Source: Actinomycetota bacterium
GTDB lineage: Bacteria > Actinomycetota > UBA4738 > HRBIN12
Reading direction: 5' to 3'
DNA: 54,940 bases
NCBI GenBank assembly: GCA_050692375.1
Contig: JBOGVK010000234.1
Span: forward strand, 1 to 54,940
In this document: positions 37,357 to 43,974 of the stretch, in pieces
Numbering within the stretch: position 1 is the stretch's first letter
How the letters are laid out: every line of letters begins with the position of its first letter
The notes under the pieces: model-generated
The model's input: only the letters and a program-made list of their open reading frames with translations
Databases searched by the model: none
Told to the model about the DNA's origin: nothing
Program-made: the position numbers and the translations under genes

Positions 37357-39687
37357 TTATGGGCGTTGCAGCTCGGAGTCGGCTCCACGCGCCGCGAATC
37401 GCGCCTTCACACCCCAGAGCGTGACCAGCCAGAGAGCCTCGGCCACGATCGTCTTCGAGATCTTCGAGTGGCCGTGCTCTCGCTCGCGGAACGAGATCGG
37501 CGACTCACCCACGGCGTAACCCGCGTCCCACGCTCGCAGGACGAGCTCGATCTGGAAGCCGTATCCGTCGGAGTGCAGGGGGCGGGACACCAGCTGCCGA
37601 AGGGCCTCCCGCCGATACACCCGGAAGCCGCTCGTCACGTCCCGGGTGGGCAGGCCGAGCAAGAACCGGGCATAGGCGTTCCCCGCTCGGGACAGTCCGA
37701 CGCGCGAGCGACTCCAGTCCGTGACCGAGCCACCCACCACGTACCGGCTGCCGACGATGAGGTCGTAGTCCGCCGCCGCAGCCGCGAGCAGGCCGGGGAG
37801 CTCCTCGGGTTGGTGGGACAGGTCCGAATCCATCTCGACGAGCAGATCGTAGCCCTCCTCCAAGCCCATCCGGAAACCGTCGAGGTAGGCGCTTCCCAGA
37901 CCGGCCTTCTCCGGGCGCTGAAGCAATCGGACGCGAGGCTCCTCGGCCGCGACGGCCTGGACCAGCTCCCCTGTTCCATCCGGCGACGAATCGTCGACGA
38001 CCACGACGTCGACCCGTTCCGGAAGTGCCAGCAGCCGGGCGAGGACCCATTCGACCGTGTCCCGCTCCTCGTAGGTCGGCAAGATGACCAAGGTGCGGCG
38101 CTCGTCGGCTCCGAGCGGCCTCGCGGTCGGCCGGAAGGCCGGGCGCTTGCGCGGCACGACCGTCATCCCGACCACGAACGCGAGACAGAGCCACGGCAGC
38201 CAATCACCCCATCGGACGTACGGCGTCGTCGCGTCGGAGGTTTGGATGGTGTGACGCAGGATCGCCGGATCGAAGAGTCCGGCGTCGGCGACGACGCGAC
38301 CCGTCGGGTCGACGAACGCGGAGATCCCCGAGACGGCCGCGTCGACCACCCACCGGCCGTCCTCTACGGCCCGCATCTGACTCATCTCGAGGTGTTGGGC
38401 CGAGGCGGCCGTGGTGCCGTAGGACGCGTTGTTGACGGTCACCACCAAGAACTGCGCTCCCGCCCGGACGAACGCACGCGTCAACGCGGGGAAGCTGTTC
38501 TCGAAGCAGATCGGGGCGCCGAATGCGGGAAGGCCTCCCGTCGACAAGGTGTGGACGCTCTCCCCCGGTGTTCGGTCCACCGGGATCTGTTGCAGCGCCG
38601 AGATCCAGGTCAGGTACCGGTGCCACGGGATGTATTCGCCGAACGGGACCAGGTGCACCTTGTCGTAGCGACCGACCTGGTTGCCCGCCCCATCGAACAG
38701 CAGGACGCTCGTGTGCTCGGTTCCGTCGGGGTCGTCGACCACCGCGCCCACGAGCGTGGGGGCCCCTACCCTAGCGATCGTGCGACGGACGTCGGCCATG
38801 GTCGCCGGGTCGTTCGTGGCCCCGGGATCGAGCGCTCCCTCCCCCCACACGGCGAGATCGGGCGGATCGGATGCCAGCTGTGCATGCATCGCCATGTTCA
38901 AACGCGCGACACCGGTGTCCTCGACGAACCCCGACGCGTTCGCGGCCCGCCGAACATCCACTTGAATCGTGGCGACGCGGACGTTCCGGCCGTCGGGAAC
39001 CGAGAACGGGATCACGACCGGCGCCACGATCAGGAGCGCTCCTAGTGCGACGCGCGCTGCCTGCCGGCGCCCCCCTCCCCCGCCGACGACCGCTTCGACG
39101 AGCAGGGCGTTCATGACAACGACGACGAACGTCACTCCCCAGACGCCCGTCACGGTCGCCAAGCGGACGGTCGCCCGGTTGGCGACCTGGGAGACGCCGA
39201 GCGAGCCCCAGCTGAAACCGCCGAGCGGCCACATCGTGCGGACCCACTCCATCACGGTCCACAACGAGGCGAGACCCACCGCCGTGAGGATCGGACGGCC
39301 GCGTCGGAAGACGGCGGGTGCCAGCAACCCGAACGCCACCGCCGTCGCCGTGCAGTACAGCGTCAGCGACAGCCACGCCATCTGCCCGAACCGCTCGATC
39401 CAGTACAGCGAGGCGCCGTAGCATCCGAGGCCGAACGCCAACCCGAGCACCGCTCCCCGTCGGGAGCCGGCCGAGCGGAGGAGCCACAGCAACGGAGTGA
39501 GCGCAAGGAACGCGACCGGCCACCACCCGAGGGGCGGAAGCGCCAGCGAGACGAGGATCCCGCTCGCGAGCGCGATCGAAAGTGAGACGAGAAGGGAGGG
39601 TCGCGCCCTCAGGCGCAGTCCCGGCAGAGCATCCTCTTCTTGTCCGCCAGCTGGCTCCGGTGTTTGACCAGGAAGCACTTCTTGCAT
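37357..39687 (-). CDS. ppm1: Bifunctional apolipoprotein N-acyltransferase (Lnt-like) / polyprenol-phosphate mannose synthase (Ppm1-type fusion)
   Basis: The N-terminal part is polytopic with a nitrilase-fold CN-hydrolase domain (ATIQVD..., APICFENSFP). The C-terminal part is a GT2 DPM1-like domain (VILPTYEERDT...VVVVDDSSPDGT). This is the same architecture as Rv2051c. The only canonical starts (ATG 39687, GTG 39678) overlap the upstream gene. Confidence 0.85.
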   Translation of the reverse strand: MQEVLPGQTPEPAGGQEEDALPGLRLRARPSLLVSLSIALASGILVSLALPPLGWWPVAFLALTPLLWLLRSAGSRRGAVLGLAFGLGCYGASLYWIERFGQMAWLSLTLYCTATAVAFGLLAPAVFRRGRPILTAVGLASLWTVMEWVRTMWPLGGFSWGSLGVSQVANRATVRLATVTGVWGVTFVVVVMNALLVEAVVGGGGGRRQAARVALGALLIVAPVVIPFSVPDGRNVRVATIQVDVRRAANASGFVEDTGVARLNMAMHAQLASDPPDLAVWGEGALDPGATNDPATMADVRRTIARVGAPTLVGAVVDDPDGTEHTSVLLFDGAGNQVGRYDKVHLVPFGEYIPWHRYLTWISALQQIPVDRTPGESVHTLSTGGLPAFGAPICFENSFPALTRAFVRAGAQFLVVTVNNASYGTTAASAQHLEMSQMRAVEDGRWVVDAAVSGISAFVDPTGRVVADAGLFDPAILRHTIQTSDATTPYVRWGDWLPWLCLAFVVGMTVVPRKRPAFRPTARPLGADERRTLVILPTYEERDTVEWVLARLLALPERVDVVVVDDSSPDGTGELVQAVAAEEPRVRLLQRPEKAGLGSAYLDGFRMGLEEGYDLLVEMDSDLSHQPEELPGLLAAAAADYDLIVGSRYVVGGSVTDWSRSRVGLSRAGNAYARFLLGLPTRDVTSGFRVYRREALRQLVSRPLHSDGYGFQIELVLRAWDAGYAVGESPISFREREHGHSKISKTIVAEALWLVTLWGVKARFAARGADSELQRP

Positions 39688-40010
39688 ACGAACTCGGTCG
39701 CCTGGATGGGCACGACGCGGGTCTCGACCGGCTCGAGGCGATCCTCTTTCCCGACGGCGACGGCGGTTTCGTCGTCTTCCTCGGCCTCTTCTTCCTCGGC
39801 CCGCGCCTCTTGCTTGACGAGGAGATCCTGGATCGACTCCACCTCGGCGACCGCCGCGGGATCGGCGGGTTCGGGAGGTTCGGCGGGCACGACGGCCTCG
39901 TCGAGATCGGCTTCGGTGGGTTCGACGTCCTCGAGGTCCTCGTCGTCGGTCGTCTCGTCGTCGTCGACCGGCTCTTCGGTGTCGTCCATCGTGCCTTTCA
40001 CGTCACTCAC
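39609..40010 (-). CDS. DUF4193-like acidic protein with C-terminal zinc-ribbon
   Basis: It has a highly acidic N-terminal two thirds and a C-terminal FVCKKCFLVKHRSQLADKKRMLCRDCA (CxxC...CxxC), typical of the actinobacterial DUF4193 family. The start is ambiguous (GTG 40010, GTG 40001 or ATG 39989). GGAGG lies 8 nt upstream of the 40001 GTG. Confidence 0.72.
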   Translation of the reverse strand: MSDVKGTMDDTEEPVDDDETTDDEDLEDVEPTEADLDEAVVPAEPPEPADPAAVAEVESIQDLLVKQEARAEEEEAEEDDETAVAVGKEDRLEPVETRVVPIQATEFVCKKCFLVKHRSQLADKKRMLCRDCA

Positions 40011-40352
40011 CTCCGGGGCGTGACCGCCTCGATTTGCGCGCGGATTGTACAGCCGTCGAGCGACGATGCAAGCGGGTGGACAGGGAGCGCATCGGAGGGT
40101 CGCGAGACTGAGCTTCCGGAGAGCCCTCCGGAACGGGCCGGAGATAGGTGAGGACCCAAGAGACCTTTGGGGCCGCGACGCCGGGGCGCCGCGTTCTCTA
40201 CTCAGCCTCTTGGGTCCTACCGTGCGCCTCCGCCGGGGCGGTGACGCGACGCGAACGCTACGCCGCGTGGGTCGCGAGCGTCAAGCCGAGAACCGGACAA
40301 AGAGTGACAAACCGACGGCCTGCCGACGACCGACGATGCATGAGCTGCTTCA

Positions 40353-41867
40353 TCAGCGCGTGAAGACTTCACGACCGAGCGAAACGGTCAGGATCGGGCG
40401 GAGTCCTTCGACCGTCTCGGCCGTCATCGGATCGTCGTCGTAGGCCGCAAGGTCCGCATGCATGCCGGGACCCAGTGCTCCCTTCTTCTCTTCTTGGTGA
40501 CCGACGCGTGCGCTCCCGGTCGTATGCAACCGGATCGCCTCGAACCTTGAGAGTCGTTGTGCCGCATCGTGATGCATCTCACACGCGGCGATCGACAACA
40601 TCGGGTCGAACGGCGTGATCGGCGTGTCCGAGCCCGCCCCAACCTCGATCCCTCGCTCGATCATGGTGCGGAACGGGTTCATCGGCGCGGCCCGTTCCCA
40701 TCCGAGCCCCGCGTCGTAGAGACCGTCGGGCGCGCCCCAGAGCCGATCGAACGTCGGTTGCACCGAGACCGCGAGACCGAGCATCGCCGCGCGTTCCACC
40801 TGCGACGTGCTGGCCATCTCGAAGTGCTCGACACGGTGCCGGCGCGCGCGGAAATGCCGGCGTTCGCGAGAGTCGAGCGCGCGGTACACGCGCTCCCAGA
40901 CGGACACCACCTGTTCGATGGCGCGGTCCCCGATGGCATGCACGCCGACTTGAAGTCCGGCCAGATGCCCGGCGTGGAAGAACGTCGCGAGCTCTTCGTC
41001 CTCGTGGTAGCACGTGCCCGCCCCGGGCTCGTCGACATACGGCGCCATCACCGCTGCGGTGCGGGCACCGATCGAACCGTCCACCGGCAGATCCCCGCCG
41101 ATCGCCGCGAGCCCGAGATCCATGATCTGCGGGATGTCCATGGTGGCGACGACCGGTTCTGCATCGAGCGGCAGGCGTTCGCGATGGCCCAGGAAGACCT
41201 GCAGGTCGCGCAGGCCGAGCCAGTGCGGCATGGACATCTCGTGCACCGCGGTCACGCCGTTCGAGGCTCCGAGCGCCGCCGCGCGCAGCTGGAGCTCCTG
41301 GATCGCGTGGTCGTCCAGGGACTGGGCCGCCCACCGACCCAATCGCTCCACGGCATCCTGCTTCACCCGCCCGGTCGGCTCACCTGCGGCGTCACGTTCC
41401 ACGCCTGCCTCGACCGATCGGATGCCGGCGGCCAGCAAGGCGGCGGAGTTCGCGAGCGCGATGTGCCCGTCGGCTCGATGGATGACGAGCGGCCTCTGCG
41501 TCACGGCGTCGAGCTCCGCGAGCGACGGGTGGGTCGGGTCGGACCAACGCGACTCGTCGAAGCCCATGAGCGTTACGGCGCCCTCCCCGATGGACGCCCG
41601 CGATCGTGCGATCTCCAACAGCTCGCGGGCGGAGCCCGAGGACTCCACGTCGCGGTTCGCGAGCGCGAGGCCGGTGCGCGTGAGATGGACGTGGGTGTCG
41701 ATGAAGCCGGGCAGGATGGTCGCGCCGGGGACCTCGACGAGGCGATCCGCCTCCGGAGGGTCCCCGCTCCCGACGCGCTGGACGTGACGGTCGTCGATCA
41801 GGACCCACTCGCCGGTCTGCGGGTACGACAATGTGTGCACGCGGGCCGCACGGTATAGGGTCCTCAC
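40353..41867 (-). CDS. Metal-dependent amidohydrolase (amidohydrolase_3 / YtcJ-like TIM-barrel)
   Basis: It contains LPGFIDTHVHLTR (HxH metal site), VHAIGDRA, HRVEHFE and GSDTPITP motifs. Length is 504 aa. The GTG start overlaps the RT stop (GTGA at 41864..41867). Confidence 0.85.
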   Translation of the reverse strand: MRTLYRAARVHTLSYPQTGEWVLIDDRHVQRVGSGDPPEADRLVEVPGATILPGFIDTHVHLTRTGLALANRDVESSGSARELLEIARSRASIGEGAVTLMGFDESRWSDPTHPSLAELDAVTQRPLVIHRADGHIALANSAALLAAGIRSVEAGVERDAAGEPTGRVKQDAVERLGRWAAQSLDDHAIQELQLRAAALGASNGVTAVHEMSMPHWLGLRDLQVFLGHRERLPLDAEPVVATMDIPQIMDLGLAAIGGDLPVDGSIGARTAAVMAPYVDEPGAGTCYHEDEELATFFHAGHLAGLQVGVHAIGDRAIEQVVSVWERVYRALDSRERRHFRARRHRVEHFEMASTSQVERAAMLGLAVSVQPTFDRLWGAPDGLYDAGLGWERAAPMNPFRTMIERGIEVGAGSDTPITPFDPMLSIAACEMHHDAAQRLSRFEAIRLHTTGSARVGHQEEKKGALGPGMHADLAAYDDDPMTAETVEGLRPILTVSLGREVFTR

Positions 41868-42616
41868 CGAGGGCGATTATCGCAGCGCGGGAAGGCCCCC
41901 GGCGAGCTCGGTCGAGATCGGAGATGCGCGGCGACCGCCCGCGGATCCGAGAACACCTTCGTCTTCGCGTCATGGAGCTCGAGACCGACGACGGAAAGGC
42001 TCTTCCGGAGCGCATCGAGGGACCGTAGGGCCGTCCGCCGGTCGGGCGCGAAGATCGCGACATCGTCGACCCAGCGGAGATGCCACACGCCAGTGAGACC
42101 GATCGCCCGATCTCCCATCGACAGCACCGCATCGGCGAGCACAGCGGAAGCGGGCGGTCCGATCGGGAGCCCGTCGACGCCTTCCCCTGCGAACGCCCTC
42201 AGCCACGAACCGATCTCGTCGACCGCCGCCACCGGGGCCCCGATCGTTCTCAGTCGGGCGCCCACGGCGGCCATGGTGATGGACGGGTAGCAGTCCCGCA
42301 CGTCCGTGATCGCCACCCATCGCGCGTCCCTCGCGAGGCGACTCGCGTGCCGGATCCAACGTCGCCGCGCCGGGCGCCACGGCTCGAGGATCAGACCGTC
42401 CTCCGGATCCCAATCGAGCACGCGGTTCGCGTGCGATCCCTCGCCGAGCGCTCGCCGCACGTGCGGGGCTGCTCGCGCGACCGCTCGTGCGAAACGGAGC
42501 TCGTCGGACCCCTCCAGCCGTGCGAGCTTTCGCGTGCCGCCGTCGGGCTTCAGCGAGAGCTCCCAACGGATGGGACGGCTGAGCGCCGGACGCGACGGCG
42601 TTGGCCGGCGGGACAT
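41864..42616 (-). CDS. Minimal reverse transcriptase (RNA-directed DNA polymerase) domain protein, about 250 aa
   Basis: RT motifs occur in canonical order: KPDGGTRKLARL (motif 1), WVAITDVRDCYPSI (A), GLPIGPPASAVLADAVL (B), LRWVDDVAIF (C; VDD encoded at 42062..42070) and GLELHDAKTKVF (D/E). There is no thumb/X or other fused domain. The start at ATG 42616 is preferred because TAGCGT (minus strand, 42624..42629) lies 7 nt upstream. An alternative ATG lies at 42664. Confidence 0.75.
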   Translation of the reverse strand: MSRRPTPSRPALSRPIRWELSLKPDGGTRKLARLEGSDELRFARAVARAAPHVRRALGEGSHANRVLDWDPEDGLILEPWRPARRRWIRHASRLARDARWVAITDVRDCYPSITMAAVGARLRTIGAPVAAVDEIGSWLRAFAGEGVDGLPIGPPASAVLADAVLSMGDRAIGLTGVWHLRWVDDVAIFAPDRRTALRSLDALRKSLSVVGLELHDAKTKVFSDPRAVAAHLRSRPSSPGAFPRCDNRPR

Positions 42617-42729
42617 CGTCGGCACGCTACCCGTCGAGCGTTGTCGCCGCAATCGCCCGCCCATCGAACGATGGGTCCCCCGCTGGACCCGGCGGCATCC
42701 CCCTCCGCACGTCCGCCTATGATGCAGGT

Positions 42730-43173
42730 GTGCTCGACGGGCGTGACCTCGACATCATCGCGGCGTTGCAGGTGGACGCTCGAGCGACGTACGCGGACGT
42801 CGCGGCCCGCGTCGGGATGTCGGCCTCGGCCCTGCACGAACGCGTGAGGAAGCTCGAGCAGGCCGGAGTGATCCGCAGCTACCGAGCGGTGGTGGACCCC
42901 GAGGCGCTGGGTCTGTTCGTCACCGCGCTCATCGCGGCCACACCGCTCGACCCGCAGCAACCCGATGACCTTCCGGTTCGCGTCGCGGAGTTCCCCGAGG
43001 TCGAGGACTGCTTGAGCGTTGCCGGCGAGGCCAGCTACATCCTCAAGGTGCGTACGAAGACGACGGGCGACCTGGAGGATCTGATCCGGCGTCTCCGCGA
43101 GAAAGCCGGTGTCGCCACGCGGACGACGATCGCACTATCCATCCCGTTCGAAGGACGTCCGCTTCCGACCTGA
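42730..43173 (+). CDS. Lrp/AsnC family transcriptional regulator
   Basis: It has LD..D..II..LQ.DAR.TYA.VA..VG.S.SA..ERV.KLE..GVI..Y (HTH) and a C-terminal RAM/ACT-like domain. The GTG start at 42730 gives 147 aa. TATGAT lies 6 nt upstream. Confidence 0.85.
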   Translation: MLDGRDLDIIAALQVDARATYADVAARVGMSASALHERVRKLEQAGVIRSYRAVVDPEALGLFVTALIAATPLDPQQPDDLPVRVAEFPEVEDCLSVAGEASYILKVRTKTTGDLEDLIRRLREKAGVATRTTIALSIPFEGRPLPT

Positions 43174-43227
43174 AGACGATCCCGCGCTTCCGGTCTCTTT
43201 CGCGCGAAGAGTCGGCATAATGGTCCG

Positions 43228-43974
43228 ATGACCGCGCCGGCCCGGAGCCGCCTGGCGAGGTGTGCGCTCGCCTCGATCTGCCTCATGGTGCTCGCCTCGT
43301 CGTGTTCGGCGCCGCGCTACGAGTACGTGCGGAACACCGCGCTTCGAACGGCGTTCAAGATCCCGCGCGATTGGAAGCTCTTCGACCGCGAAACGCTGCT
43401 GGGATTGCCGCCCGGCCCGCAGCCCTCGACCCCCGATCCGATCCGATGGCTCGTCGGCATCGACGGCGATCCGCAGCCCTCCGTCGCACACGTCTTGGAT
43501 CCCGGCACACTCAACACGGACTACCCGCAAGGGATCGCACTCGTGCAGCGCTTCAGCTTCGCCGACCGTGACAAGTCGAGCTTCAACGCGCTGCGCAACT
43601 ACCTGTTCCCGGTCGACGCCTTGCTGCAGGATGCGAATAGCGCCCAGGTCGTCTCCTACGACGATAGGATCGACCACAATGGGGTCCGGGGACTGCACAT
43701 CGTCTTCCAGTTCCGCGCGAGCTCCCTGGCTTCCGCGCAAGCGAGTGCGACCCAAACGGCGACGTCCGGAGCTGTCGACCTGCAGCGAACACTCTTGGGC
43801 GGCGTGCACGCCGCCTTGCTCAGTCCCGACTACGTCACCGTGGATCAGGAGGCCTTCGTGAACGCCGACTCGAGCCAGGTCTACATCATCGTGGTGCTCT
43901 GCAGCGCCGCGTGCTATCAACGCAACACCGCGGATATCCGATCGATCGTCGACTCCTGGACGGTGTTGCCATGA
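43228..43974 (+). CDS. Putative secreted protein / lipoprotein, unknown function
   Basis: Its N-terminus has a positive charge, a hydrophobic stretch and LASSC (lipobox-like). I recognised no family. The stop overlaps the start of the FtsH-like gene (ATGA at 43971..43974). Confidence 0.55.
   Translation: MTAPARSRLARCALASICLMVLASSCSAPRYEYVRNTALRTAFKIPRDWKLFDRETLLGLPPGPQPSTPDPIRWLVGIDGDPQPSVAHVLDPGTLNTDYPQGIALVQRFSFADRDKSSFNALRNYLFPVDALLQDANSAQVVSYDDRIDHNGVRGLHIVFQFRASSLASAQASATQTATSGAVDLQRTLLGGVHAALLSPDYVTVDQEAFVNADSSQVYIIVVLCSAACYQRNTADIRSIVDSWTVLP

Noticed and set aside
40045-40443. Plus-strand ORFs (132 aa and 71 aa) inside the 340-nt gap downstream of the amidohydrolase.
   Set aside because: Their translations are Arg/Ala-rich with no motifs, no RBS and no -10 context. 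One runs antisense into the amidohydrolase gene. They are likely non-coding.
41864-42729. The RT as part of a retron, a DGR or a group II intron.
   Set aside because: I saw no maturase/X or endonuclease domain and no domain V-like intron RNA. I saw no Avd-like gene or TR/VR repeat pair, and the DGR-type SQ in motif B is absent. The upstream space (113 bp, shared with the lrp promoter) is too short for a typical msr-msd. These exclusions are by eye and need Infernal, DGRscan or myRT to confirm.
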